Source: Ptychomitrium polyphyllum (Eukaryota). Taken from it: a stretch of 64,000 nt of DNA. The stretch lies in assembly GCA_973851085.1 (NCBI GenBank), contig OZ316775.1, positions 19,778,001-19,842,000 on the forward strand, given 5' to 3'. Each line of letters starts with the position of its first letter. Within the stretch, counting starts at the first letter, position 1. Made by a program: the position numbers and the translations under genes. The notes under the pieces were generated by a model. The model was given only the letters and a program-made list of their open reading frames with translations, was not told the DNA's origin and made no database searches. Below, piece by piece: positions 37,673 through 52,500 of this stretch.

Positions 37673-40600
37673 CCACATGAATTAATAGATTCCATTTAGC
37701 AATTTTATATATACCTTAGAGATGGTCTAAGGACTGGAGTTTTTCTTTTTCTTAAGTTTGAACATGGGACTTTTGCACTGTCCTTGTTCACAGGCCCTAT
37801 AAACGTGTGTGTATCAGAATAGTCCTGCAGAAGCTGCAAGAACAGGGAGGACAATGGACACAAGTTAAGTTAGTCCCATTTTCGAGGTCATGCAGTCAGT
37901 CCTTAGATTTTTTCCTGGGAATCTAAGAAGAGCTGACATGATTCATGTTTGATAAGGTAGCAAGTTTCAACAAAAAGGACAATTCCTGGGGGTTAGAATT
38001 TAAACATCATACCACAAATAAGTTTTATGTTGTAATTGTTGTCCTTGTACGTTGTTGCAGACAGATTTCATTGTTATTTTTCGGCTGACTTTGTGGACTC
38101 ACAAATTTCATTCAGCAGGAGAGGTTGTAGTACATTACCTACCCCAGATTTCACCTGAGGAGTGAGGTGGCAGTAGATTAATGGCTTGCTTTTCATTAGT
38201 TAGAAAGTATAACCTGTTCCTACGGGAGCAAACTGCCAGCTCTTAACCATGTGCAAAGTACATTCTAATGAACTTCAATATCACAGTAGGGCTAATTTTA
38301 TTAAGTACATAGGTTGTGTCCTGTAACCTGCAAGGGACTGGCATTCCTAATTATGTAGTCAAAGACAAGCCAGTAACCTACTACATGTGATTTTGTTTGG
38401 TCACTTCTTGTGGCCAGCTGAGTTCCATATCATAGTGTCAAAGTAGAGTTATCCTGGAACCACTGGTGAGCTTGGCCAGGTTTATCCTTGTCATAGTATG
38501 GCATAATGGTTTTAAAATGGTTAAGTTGCTCTTGATTCAAGGTAGTATGACATCTCAATAATAAATTTGGTGGTTCGAGAATAGTGAATTTCATTGTATA
38601 CTTGCAAATTGATACAATATTGTGTATTTTTGCACTAGCCCTATCTATTCTATTATGTATCAATTTAGTATTAATTATAATGAAAATTAAGAAATTAAGC
38701 TAAACTCAAGTTGAACTATATGTTTCATGAATTGTTTAAATGTAAATAAAATGGCTATTGGTTGCATTGGCTCATTTATTTGTTATATAACCTCAAAAAC
38801 ATGACAATCATATTAAACATTTTAATCCCTTTTAGATCTATTTCATCTTAAAAAATATTTCAAAACCTTGGAGTTTTCCATCACATTGAATACTTTGTAA
38901 TTAATCTTTTGGAACTCAAATCATTGTATGAAGAGACCTTTTTTTTTAGTAACATTTGAAGTTGATGAATAGTGCCCAAAAAAAAAACGTCCCTACATAT
39001 AATATTAAACCATACAATATAGTAACCAAAATGTGGAAATATCCATGAGATCTTTTATATTCTTCTATTGTGTATTTGTAACAAATTTTATGAAGATTTT
39101 TTTTAAGATATCAATATGGAAATGATAAACTACTTATGAAAACTTCTAGAATTCAATTGACGAGGTTGAAGAGTACTATGTCTTATAGGTGTTCTAACAG
39201 GATGTGACATTCATAACAAGATTTTTACTAAATTTGAATTTTTCAAAAAAATTAATTGCCAAATACATGGAAAGATGTCTTCATTCTAATAAAGTTATGC
39301 CTTCAAATTTTGGACATCATTGTTGTTAACTAAGTAGTGGTGATGCCCAAAACTCAAAACCATAATTCCATTATAGAAGTTGAATTGAGTACCTGCAAGG
39401 GTCCAAGTTGAACTCCATTTTTTGCTTTGGATGCTTGTGATATTTGAGAAGATTTGAACCTTTTTACTCCAATTCATCATGAGTAGAGTTATAAGCAGCG
39501 TTTCTTGTCAATTTTGCAACCACGGAGTAGTCACCCGGGCTCCAAACGGATGTTAGTGTGGATGATATAAATGTGAGTGGCGTTCTGATCAAATTCAATG
39601 CCAGATCAATTTATTCTTCTGCGTTGAGATCTTCACCGTATTGCAGAACGCAAAGTCACAGTAACTACCTCGAACAACCGTTTGCATGAAAAGAGATATC
39701 TTAGAGGCTCAGACAGTGCATGAAAAGAGGGAATCTGTAGATATTATTAAACCTAGGACACATTGACGGAAAGTAGTTGTGTTTTGTCAGAAAATATCAA
39801 GACGTCGAGTTCCTTTTACAGCCAAGAATTCATTTTCAGGAACATTTGAATTTAATCCATTCAATATTGATGCTGATTTTTATGTACTTAGCAAAACGGC
39901 TTCTTTATAGCAAAAGATGACGCTGTTATGGTCATTATAATGTTTAACAATCAAAGCTAGGGGTTGATTTTCTGCAAATTATGCTGGATTTTACTAGTGA
40001 ATTAAATTATACAAATTACTACTATTGATAAAACATTGGTTAAACTCGTCATTTTTTGGTAGTCCAAAGGGCATGAGGGTCCTCATTTCTTCGTCGTAAA
40101 ATTCAGCTAAGAAAAATAAAAAATTTGGCACTCGGCTATAATTCATGCGAAACGCCGTCACTGGATCTATTGCAGGGAGGAAGTCAATTTTACAAAGTCA
40201 GATTCATTGAGGGAGGATTCTCCAAGCTTCTTTTCTTCTCTCCTTGAAAGACACATCCTGGCAATCCCTGGAACTTCCTCTATGGTCTTTACTCCTTGTT
40301 CGCTTACTGTTAAGAAAATTAAGAAGCCAATGAAGTAATGGTTTCTCCCATGCGATGATTTTTTTCATTAGTTCCCAAATAGGTTATCTTAATTTAAATT
40401 TAGATTCAAAAGATAATTAAAAGGAGGCAAGAAAGCTCTAACTTCTGAAGGAAAGCCTCAAAATGTTTAGACCACTATTGTTGGTTGCAAATACATCCTA
40501 TCCCCTTGAAAATCATGAATGCAAAATGACTACAATAGCGACCTTTCAGATGGCTACTAAGGCTGTTCCAGAAAGCTAGAAATCGTTCAACAAATTGGTT

Positions 40601-43600
40601 GCGATTGATCATCACTAGAGAATCTTTTGCTCTCCTCATACGGCGTAACGGCAAGCAGCTGGATAGAGCCCTGTCACGACCAATGCCTGCACGCACAGTG
40701 CGTTGCAAAAAGCTATAACTGGCCAAGGAGAAATGAAGCTACTAGAGATAATTTCTGTCACTATATTCTTTAGCCAGAAGATCCTGCTCCACTCCTACAT
40801 TATGGCATTACAAGATATTGCGACTTTAAACAATGTTTAGCAATTAAAACTTGGAAAGGAAGTGAAATATTGTTCTAGTACTTTTCATCATGGTGCGCCA
40901 TCCAGCTATAGAATATTATGGTCATGAACATTATGGTCATGCAGCTCCAAGCAATTTAATTTTGCACAGAAATCGTACTTTACTAAGTATACAGTGGCTA
41001 CACCGGCACCTGCACTATTCCCACCTTTGCATGGGCCTTTTCAAATAACGGTGTGACCAGTGGATATAAGCACCGTCGCAGCACATGCCCCTGCTTAAAT
41101 ACCCATGTGTGGACAGGCAGTAGCAGACACAGAACTAGAAGCAGACGCCGGAAAGTCAGGCTCACACCTGCAACTAATCCTACCCCTATTATAATTTGCA
41201 CTTCTAAAGTGGAGGTAATATGTTCACCCAGACCGTTACGTTAGATCGAAGAGCATGTTCATACGAACTATTTTGAATTCATGTCTCAGTGGATACGACA
41301 CTGTTACTACCATAATCCACCGCCCTCAGCTTGTAAATAATGACACCGATGTACCTAACTACTTTAATTCCCAGTGGCTAAGGTGGGTTGCAACTTGGTC
41401 ACGTTAAGTTCTGTGAGACCAGGGCTGAGATTACAGTTATTTATAACTTAACCTTTTCACAACCAAAACTTAATTGTAATCTCACCTTCTTTTTCAACTC
41501 ACTTGTACTCATGACTGGAGCATATTTCAATATGGCATGGCTTCATCCATCTTCGACCAACTCATCTAGAATCTATCTGAAAGTCTTATCAACATATTTT
41601 TAACAGTTAATAAATTTTACAATTAACTCTATTGTGTCAGAAGCAATTCGTCAAATAATCTCTTCTTCCGTTTGTTTCAAATATAAAAACGAATAAAGAA
41701 ATCAATAAGTTGTGCCATTAGTGGACCCTTGAGTTGCTAGTAAGTTGAACCTAGTCACACACGGAGGCCGCGACGGTACACACATGTGAATGTTCGACAA
41801 TAACTGCACTGATGGAGAATTCTATCACTGTAATTCCTGTATAATCTTCTGCAATACAATTGTCACCTACAGTTCTACCAGGGCAGTGCCAGCTCCTGAT
41901 TTAAGTTGAAGAGTGACACCGTTCTCTATGATCCACTCATCCACAGCCTGACATGGGGAGCAGAAGTTTGGTTATTGAAAGCAGAGTTACTACTGTTTCA
42001 CTTTGAATATGCAGGTGCAAGTCCGTCCAAACAGAAACAGTCGCGCTCAGAATCCAGATATGTGCTTCATTCTATCTGTATCCACCCACAAGTGCACCGA
42101 TCCAGAATTCAGAACATTCGCCTCTTCAACTTCATTGAAAGCGACATGGGCAACATCTGACAGGGTCAGCGTGGCCGACGTAAACTTCGAAAAGTGAACA
42201 CCCACACATTCTAGGCCCTAGCGACATGGGCTCGGTCGCACATGTGCTAGCCTAAAAATAGAGGGACGAAAACTCCAACAGAATATAATAGAAGTAAAGT
42301 TATTGGTCTACAAGAGGTGGACTATGTGCGACATTGTATCAGATTGGCGGTTGAGAAGGGACGGTGAGTATAACTGAGCCCAAATGCATATTGCTAGGCT
42401 GGGATTACACCGGGATTGAGCGTGACTGAGTCCGCAATATTCAAGAGTCTCAAGTCTTGTTCGAACACAAACAAAGTTGATGTTCCCTACCACATCCTAA
42501 GAGAATAATAACCCAATTAACTAATTATCACCAGAATAGTATATACCGGTATCGTAATATGAACAGAACCAAGTCAGTGACATGTAGTATTAACTGCAGA
42601 AGAACAAGATGATGCATACAGTAATTCCAAATATGAAAAAATCTCACCGCGAGCTGTACAAATGCAAGTATCACTAGAAGGTTATTCAGATCTGTATTCA
42701 ATTTCTGAATCTGTGTCCATAAGACGCTGCAAAAATTTAAACGGGCCGACTAAACTATTAGAGCTCTACATCTACCTAATTAGAGGCTTGCCAGTTGGCT
42801 AGACATGACGACATCCAGTGAGGACGCAGCGTCCATATGAGTGATTGCACTTGATTATATGTCACATGAGTTCGTAAGCACTCTTAAGGTTCATTGTGAA
42901 GCATAGATGGTCAGTCACCACTAACCAACGCCAATCGTCACAAGTCTTGTCCAATCTTCGCCAATCTTCTCAGCAGAAACGGTTAAGTCTTGAGGGAGGA
43001 TTTCATCACTCTTCGTCAGACAAATCAATAATTACAGGCAACATGGAAACAGGACTACTGCTCAATGAGGGGCAACAGCGAGAAATGTTACTACCACAGT
43101 AAGTATTACTAGAAAACTTCCAGCATAAGGTATTACTGATAGCAAGAAAAAGACAAAGCACCCCGAGTTATAAAGAAATGTGAGTAAGGATCACAGAATG
43201 AAACGCAATGTCACACAAGATAATTCTGTATTAATCACAGAGACATGGGAGCTCCCTTCAGTCCAAGAGACGCTAAGTTAAAGATTGCTCAGCTCCCGCA
43301 TCATACACTCGGATTCCCTGCCTTTCAAAGACAGGGAAGTCGATAATATGAGTCAGCAGCAGTGCAAGCCTCATGTCAGCCACAGTTGAACAGAAGGGGG
43401 CTCCCACAGCCCCTGAGGCCAATCCCACAACAAATCTACCAAAACTTCTTACAGAGAACCAGAATAATTGAAAATAGGGGGAAAACTGTGACCTTGTAAC
43501 AACTCTTCCTTTGAGAACCACCAAAACAACTGTCAACACGCAGAAACTACCCTACTAAACACGCAGCATACACCCAGCTTCAGAATCCATGCAAAATCCA

Positions 43601-44061
43601 CAAACTTGGGCTTCTGAGAAGATCTTAAAAGATCATAACCTCTAAACACAACACCTTGGTTCCTCCACTGAAGAGGTACTCGAGACACAACCACCACAGT
43701 TGCGGCGAGAGCAGCAGCCCGGCCCACGTCGATGCTGATGATGAAGATGATAAGCTGTGTGGCAGTCGGAGTCAGAAAGGGGCAACAAGGGACTGGATAC
43801 GAAGGTGAGACGGCGAAGCCCACAGTTTTATAGGAGGAGATGGGGCTGTCTTGCAGTGGATCAGCGAGAGGAAAGCGCAGGCATCCTAAGTTAGAACACA
43901 ACTGGAAGTCATTGTTGGGAAGAGTCAAGCATATGCAAGCTAGAGCAGAAAGGGAAAGAGAACTTGCCAAGTTGCTCCGAGCAACACCGGCCCTGAACAG
44001 TTCGGGGCATAATCTCAAGGATTGCGGCACGAATGATTTATAGGAGCCGGACGGGGTGTGC

Positions 44062-44156
44062 ACGAGACTCCACTTTTAAGTTTTTTATTTTTATTTTATT
44101 CTTTTGGGCCACATCATGATAATTTTACTGTGACTGCAATAACGAGACTCCACTTT
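44062..44156 (-). mobile_element. 65-bp insert with an A-rich tail between exact 15-bp direct repeats (truncated LINE/SINE-like insertion)
   Basis: ACGAGACTCCACTTT occurs at 44062-44076 and 44142-44156. On the minus strand the insert ends in AAAAGAATAAAATAAAAATAAAAAA. Confidence 0.4.
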
Positions 44157-45224
44157 GTACTTTTAACCCCTTTGTGTCTGTGCTAAAATAGGAAATGAAA
44201 ATAGCACTTCGATTGGAACCATGAAGAAACTTCTCTGAAGTTATTTTGACATTATCTAAACAAGAAGGAGAATTGTTCTGGTCCTTCAAGGAACCAGAGT
44301 CAGTAGAGAGAATGCCACGTGTATGATTGACAAGCATTATCCAGATATCATCTTGACATGTTTTCATGTTGTATGTAACTTATATATTATTAGGATGCCA
44401 ACTTAATATTAATGATGGATATTCATAAACAACTTAATATCAATCTACTGAATATCAAAGTGCTATGAGTTTAACCTTCATTATATCTAATACATCTATG
44501 TTAAGAATGATTTGTCAATAGAATGATGTCAAAATAATTAGCACAAAGTTTATATATGTATAACTAATACTAATTAATTTCAAACTACAATACACTTAAA
44601 TTATTCATAAATTGTTGAACATATTTTTTTCTTTTCATTGATGTACTAAGTATCTTTTTTTAAACGTTTAGTCACAAACCATTTATTTTATTTAATGGAT
44701 AAAAAGTGAATAGACATAAATCATGGTTGTTAAAGGAACAAATCCTTCATATATGCCAGTCCTTCGCTCTAAACTTTCTCGTCGAAATGATACTTTGCTC
44801 TAGAGAAGCATTTAGAAAGAAATATGTTTCTCACTGCAGTCAGGCCTGGAGTAAGATTTACTGAACTTATTTTTTAATTTTCTTGACATTTGAAGTGATA
44901 GTTTATTATAACTGTAAGAACCACATTATTTCTTCTAATGTTGGAAGTTCCTGGCAAGACTTCTGCAAGAAAAATAGTTACTTACAGTATATTTGCAGAA
45001 AAGCGACAAGGTGAAAGTTCACAAAAGCAGTCATTACTCAGGTTGCCTAAAGTGACAGAATGGCAGTATAGATGGAAAGAATAGATGTGACATCGAGTTC
45101 CTCTGGTTGAACACATTTTGATATACATGTGAATCTGAATGTAACACATTTTGGTATGGTATGTGCTTTGCAGATGGTGTAACCTATTCCTCCCTCCACG
45201 TTGAAAATATGGAATTACAAGCAT

Positions 45225-45552
45225 ATTTCAAACTTAAATGAAATAAGCACAAACCATTCTTGATTTGGATATGGGATGATAAAACCACGTTTTTTGCAAC
45301 CATGCTAGTATATGGAATTTTAGAGGTGTCATTACATTTTTAGAGTTGAGCGGACTTGAAGCACACATGAATGATTTATTGAGTTACTTTCTCCTAGCTC
45401 CAAAAATCCAATGGCACATGTCAAAGCCTATACAACAACATACTTGCAAGGCATGTAGTTTTGTAATTTGATATCCAAATCCAAAATTTATTGTGCTCAT
45501 TTTATGTGATTTTCCAATGTGCTTCCAATGATGATATTTTCAAGTATTAATT
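45225..45552 (+). repeat. ~300-bp dispersed direct repeat, copy 2
   Basis: Same orientation as 37365-37672, with a small insertion near 45500-45520. Confidence 0.9.
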
Positions 45553-48500
45553 CTTGTGAATAAAATATTCACATAATATTTTGATGTATGCAATTGAGAT
45601 GCTCTTAGGCCCTCTAAAGTATGCAAGTAGAAATAAATACTTTCTTGTTTGATTGTCTATGGAATATTATAATCTTGATTATTCTTGCATTCATTCTTTT
45701 AATGAAGATTTTCTTGTGTGGAAAAGGTGGAAAAGAATCAAATTATGTATTTTAAGATTAAAACTTTTTTTCTTATCCATTAACAAGGTTTATTTGGAAG
45801 TGATTTGGAAGTAATGGACATGTTGGAAGCATGCTGCAATTGAATAGATAAAAAAGTAGAATGGAAACTAAATACCTTCAGAAGTTGCATTCTTATTTGA
45901 AAATTTTGATAGAATAAAATTCTCAACATGAATTATAGATTTTTTTTAAAAGATTATTAAACATATAAGTCAAATTTAGCATTTATTTGTTTAATAAATA
46001 AGATGTTTTTAAGATAGATTTTGAGACACAAGACATTTTCTAAAACGTAATCTTTTGAGATAAATTTTCGATAATAATACCTCAAAATTTTTAATATCTA
46101 TATTGAAATTTATTTGCAAGACATGGCCTTGCATACAATCTTACATATAATGTTTTATTTATTTTTATTACCACTCTTAATCTATAATGTCTAAGTGTAT
46201 TCATAAAACTTGTTGTCTATAAATTAAATATATTTTATATTTTGTTGAACATAAACATTGTATAATCATTTAAGAGCTAAAATAAAAAATAAATTGAATT
46301 TTCAAATAAATGAAATATATTTCGTTCCTCTGAATATTTTATCCATTTTGTTTATTCTTGCTTGTGTGTCTTTTTAAAATCAAAAATTTCATTTATTTAC
46401 CATTGACATCCTTTAGATTAACCTCTAATTTAATAAACTTTCTTGTTTTAGTGGATTCCAATCAATACAATAATGAATTTAATTCATTATAGTTCAAATG
46501 AATTAATCTTTATTTTTTAAGAATAGCTTTCATTCACTTTTATTTTTTATAAATTGAACATTTTATATCATCTACATTTCATTTGTTTTTTTAATATGAA
46601 ATTATTATAGAAGAAAAGTAAGCTTGGCATGACGCACATCAATGCCTTTTGATAATACATCATATTGAACAAAGTTACAAATACAAAATCAATAATATAA
46701 GGATTTAATTTTATTTATTAATTGAATAATTAAAATAATTTGAACTTGATTGTAATGTCTACCATTAGAAAACATCATGTAATTTAAACATTCATGCTAT
46801 TTTTATTATTTCATGAATTTCTAATTTTATATCATTATGATTGGTTAAAAATGTAATATATGAATAAAGACTTCATTTTTTATCTTAATTAAAAAAATGA
46901 ACATGTTTCATATTTGATTTACTCTATAATTTTTTTATTGAATGAAGACTTGATTTTTGCTAATTTGAAGACTGTCTCCACTTTCTATTTTTTTCAAAAA
47001 TAATTTAATTAAAAATGAAACTTAAAGCGGCAATCTTCAACTAAATATGGAAGTTTTGGAGTTTTTTTTATAAAACATAATAAAAGTTTCAAGGTACTAA
47101 ATCAAATGATAAAATTGATCAATTTAATTCCTACTTGACTAAGCTAAAATTTCATTTTTTTTTTTAAATGTAATTCTTGCAACTTTAATGAAGTTTTGGC
47201 CAAAATAAAAAATAAGCAGAAAATCATAAAGTTTATAAATTATTTGCAAAATTAAACTTTGTTATGCTACAAATATATCAAGTGTTAATGAAACCTATTG
47301 TATCACAATTTTATAATTTTTTGAAAATTACAAATAAGCTATAATTTTGGTGCTTACTATATCTTTATATAATTCGGTTTTATCAATGAAGCTTTATTGT
47401 TAACAAAAGTTATTGGACATGATTCTAAAGAGGATTCACATTGTATCATCAGAAAGCATTCATAACAATCTTGTTGTAAGATACATCTTTATGGAGATTG
47501 AAAAATTGATTAATGTTAAGAAATAGTACTTTTGAATGGAATAAAAGCCTAAATTCTTTTATTATAAATGAAAAACTATTGACAATGGAATGCATCTCGT
47601 CCAATATGTTCATACAAAGTCTCATCCAAATTTCTATTTGTTCAAATTTTGATAATCATTAATATTTTTATTGCAATTATTTTGTAGTATGTTGTAGATT
47701 AAATTTCACTATGTTTATCTAAGTTTCAAGAATTTTCAAGAGTTTACAAGAGTTTACCTTATGAAAATCTTATAAAGAACATATTTATCAAGTCAAATCA
47801 AAATCAAAATTTTAGAATTCTTAAATTTTTAAACAATAAAATTTAATAATTGTTCAATTAATCAAATGAAAAAGCACATGAAAACAGATGCTTAAATTTA
47901 GGTTGAGCCTAGAAAATAGCACTTGGTTGTTTACAAACTCAAAATGTTTAGTATTCAAAGTTTAAAATTTAGACAATTTGTTCTAAATCGTTTTATAATT
48001 TCCAATTAGCAATAGAAAAAGTGCTTGGTTAATTAACAATAACATATTTTTAATCCTCCAACATCAAATTTTTGTATTGATTAGCTTCTCCAATAATGAC
48101 AGCCACCCAAAAAACGTTATTGGAAACATAAATTAATAAAGTTCATCAAGCACTCCCAGTACTTTTAAATTACTAGTTAGAGTTGATGTTGGTGATGAAT
48201 GAAATGACTTTCAATTCAAATAGTAAAGAAGTTTGTTTTTGAATGAATCATGGACTTTTAACCAATGTGATCGGAAAATATTGGATCAAGTACATTATAA
48301 TTAACATGGAGAAAATTCGTATTTAGCCAATGAAGCAATGGACATGTGCTATTATATTCTAAAGGTTCTGAAAACTTGTGTGCTTCACACCTCCTGTCTA
48401 AAACATTCACAATTACAACTTTTTTGTTAATTTAAAACAATGTTCTTTCAAAAAGATAAAATTTTATGTTTTATTTTACATTAAATATCAGAAACTAAAA

Positions 48501-49500
48501 CCAAATAAAATATTAGTTCATCTGTGCCAATTGGTAAAGACAAAGTAATAACTTATATTTTCATATTTTGATTATTTTTGGGAGTGTTTGTAACATAGAC
48601 ATAAATATCAGAAGAAGAAATAACCAAATTTTAAATTTCACTATAAACTTTGCTTTGTACAAAGAGTTTAGTTCTAATTGAGATTTCAAGTATGTTAAAT
48701 TTACTCTTTCCATTGATAAACAGTTGATACACCATTTGTAAGTTTAATACAACAGAGTGAATTATAATACTACATCAAATTTGAAAAAATGTATCCTTAT
48801 TTTTGAAAGGCCAAATCTAACTAGTACTTTTGTGCTCTGCACATCAAAGATGTAATTTGTGGATGGAAACATTTTGAATACAACTTCTGATGCTGTCCAT
48901 GTTTTGCTAATCAAATTAATTGCCACAAAACTATTAATTAATCTTCCAACCTCTACTTAGGATTTAGCAATTTGCTAAGAATATGGCCATTCCACTTTGT
49001 CAAACAAGGATATTTTTCCAAAATAAAAAGTGCCTAAATTGTAGACTTCTATAGCTTAAAAATACATGGTTGTGTGTTTTTTCTTTAAAATTGAAAAAAA
49101 TAAAGATATATAGAAGGATCTTTAAATTCCATTAAAAATTTCAAAATTAGATGAAATATAAATGTTTTATTATTGAACTAACATCTTCCCAAAATGAATT
49201 GTAAATCCAATTGAGTACTTGAATTTATTTTTTATTAAATAATAAATATGATATGAAGAAAGTATAAATTTATTTGTAATTCAATAGTATGAAATCAACA
49301 AAGTTACATTTGACATGAGGTTTTCTTTAATGTATTACATGAAAGCCCTTGGTTTATTGGCAACTCATTAATTTTTATCTAAAATAAAATTTCAAGAAAT
49401 TTGAGGTATTACATGAATATATAAATGTGATGTTTTATTGCGTAAACCATGTGTTATAACAGCAAATGCCTTATGATGGCATATAAACAAACACAAACAC

Positions 49501-49560
49501 ATAAATAAATAAATAAATAAATAAATACATACATATATGTTATATATATATATATATATA
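49501..49560. repeat. Compound microsatellite (ATAA)n + (TA)n
   Basis: About 6 ATAA units at 49501-49526 and (TA)10 at 49541-49560. Confidence 0.9.
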
Positions 49561-52500
49561 ATTTATTCATTTATTTATAGGAAAAGAAATTGAAATTCAA
49601 ACATATTAATTATAAAGAAAGAAAACATATTAATTATAGAGAAAAAATATATTTATTTTAATATATATCATTTTTCATAAATGTGATAGAATTAGAATGG
49701 ATGGTATCTCAAAATTCTCATTCAATCTTTGCATTCCAACAATATCTTAATTTTTTTAACAAATATAATATGAAAATTTGGCATTGTATGTATGGTAAAA
49801 ATATTGTCATGAAACAATTAAACATTCAACATGCTTGAATTTTTGGCATAGAATACTTGTAAATAAAAATCATCTTTGATTTTGCTCTAAAATTTTAACA
49901 CTTTTAGTTTTCTTCATTAAGTTTGTATGGAACATAAACATATTTTTTTCCATAATCTTTTGATCTATAAAATACATAGGTTGAAACATACAATGAATAT
50001 GAATAATCTTTGTATTTACAAGAAATTAAGTTTAATATTTGTCACTATTGTACATTGTTTATAATGGTTGCAGTATGATTTTGGTCATTTACCACTATCT
50101 TCTTACATATTACAACAAAGTACTAACACAAAGTATTTTAAAGTAAACTGCACACACTAAAAGCCAAAAACCCCTCAAGAAAGCATGAAGGTAGCCATCT
50201 TTTCTAGAGGTAATTATGCCCAAATTCATTACAACTAATTTTATTTATTCATATAAATTAAATTTCATCTTTCCTTAAAAAACACTACTGTTCACATAGT
50301 TGATCATAAATAATCATTACTATTGGTTGCTTTAAATCAATGTATTACAAACCTAATTTTTCATCTTTAAAATCCTATTAACAATTAAATGCATAGGTTG
50401 TAATTTATTGGCCATTTATAATTTCTTTACTAAATTTTTTACCTTCTTCTTAAACCTCAATGCACAACAAAGGTGATTCAAAAAGAAATCAACAAAGCAT
50501 CAAAATAAATGAAAACAAAAAAATGATAATATTTAAGAAAATTTCAAAAGAATTATTTTATATTAAATATAGGTATTTGAATTGCCTATGCATCTATGTA
50601 CCTTTGATATAATTTAACATTTTTTTCTTTCTAAAGATGTCTTAATTGCATAATATGGTGATGCCATGTGGAAGTATTGTAAAGGTCCAATATTAAAATC
50701 ATAAAAAATGTGAATACAATATTACATATGTATTATGGTATAGAATGTCATGAATTAATAAAGACTATCTATGATACCTATTTTAAATATAGTTTAGTAA
50801 GTCAAGTAAATATATTAAGATTTCAAACATTGATTATATATTGGTTCATATATATGGACTTTATAAGCTACATATGGCCAAGCTTCTTGTCAAGTTTTGA
50901 AGGTTGTATCAAGCAAATGCTTCATGACAACAATACAAACAAATAAGTTGATGGAATATGCATGTTGTAACATTCTTCACTAGTTTGAAACAACTTATTG
51001 TTACCTTGGAAAATGAGAAATCAACAGTGAAAGATAAGAAAGACATATGGTAGTGAATGCATGAAGGCATGTGGCAATGAATGCTTGAAGGCATGAGTTG
51101 GCAACTTAGCACACAAACTTTCTCAATCTTTAATAGAAAACATTTCTCGAGAATAGATTGAACCTTTACATGATGAGATGATTCTTTTTCAATAGAAATG
51201 ATTCCTTTGAAAAAGTGCGTTGAGAAGGGTAACTGAAGAATGTCATGACGCTCAGTGGGATGGATTCACCATAGGAAATCTGAGGATGGGGCTGAGCATA
51301 TGATTTGATTTGACCTAATCAATGGTTACATGTTCAATGTGGCTGTGGCCCAACTCGCTGACACCCGGATCCTGGACACTTTGACAGCTTAGCTGCTATC
51401 CAATCCATATTTGATGAAAAAACTTCAGCCGGCAGTAATTCTGTGAATGAGTCATAACATTCTTTAGCCGCCATGGCATTCTCAATACCTAGAACTACAC
51501 ATGTTTTGGTTAACAGTAAGTATCACACATATTAACTTCTTACTCAAGTTTATATCTATTTACTCAAATGTATATATTTACTAAAAAAATATAAAACCGT
51601 TCCTATTTATATTATTGGAAGAGTCGCATTAATAGAGGAAATGTGTTTGTTTTGTATGAAAAGTAAGAGAAAATTAATATCAGTTTGTAAAGGTGGCATC
51701 ATTAGCAAAAAATATTTTATCAACTTCCTCCTTGGAGTATGAGAAAGCAATAGTAAGTTACAACAAATGCATGTTACAATAAGTTAATGGATATGAAAGT
51801 CAAAATTAATGAGTTGGGTTCTTAGATGACTATTAAATGTGAAAAACAATCTTTTGAGTACTTTTTAGTGAGTTGGTTATTGCTTCATTTGATAACCCAT
51901 TGGATAGTACTTGATAGTACAAAACAATGGCCTTCACCACTATATACTTGGTAATTTTCAAAACTCACTTTCATATCTAAACTAGACTTTTATTCATCAT
52001 CAAAATCAATTCAACATAGAAAAGAATTTGAAGATGATGCAAGAAGATATATTAGCAAAAATAAAATATAAAAGTGAATTCAAAAACTTGCACAAATGAC
52101 TAACAAATAAATAAAAGTGCATGTTGTTTCCAAGACAATTCTTGCTTAAATACACTTAACCAAATCTAATTATAAACTATACATCTAATCTAATCCTAAC
52201 TATCATAAATTACTAACCTACTTTTGTTTAAGAGGAGTTACCAATTTGAGCTATCAATAAGAAACTAACTCTTTATCAATTATGAGTTTTAATTGCACTT
52301 TGTAATACCAATGGAATATTTGTTTAGAAATGAAATTATACTTTGGATAGAAGGTATATATAGAAAGTTTTAAAGAATGTCATGCTTTAGTACCACACAA
52401 GTAAAAAATATCATCCTTTAAAAATAATCTTTATATATTGTATGAATTTTAATGGCTCCAAAATCATTTGTTGTCAAATAGTTGCATGACACAATGTTTC

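Noticed and set aside
37365..45552. Intact LTR retrotransposon between the two 300-bp repeats
   Set aside because: The repeats lack TG...CA ends, PBS/PPT and TSD, and no gag, RT or integrase motifs lie between them.
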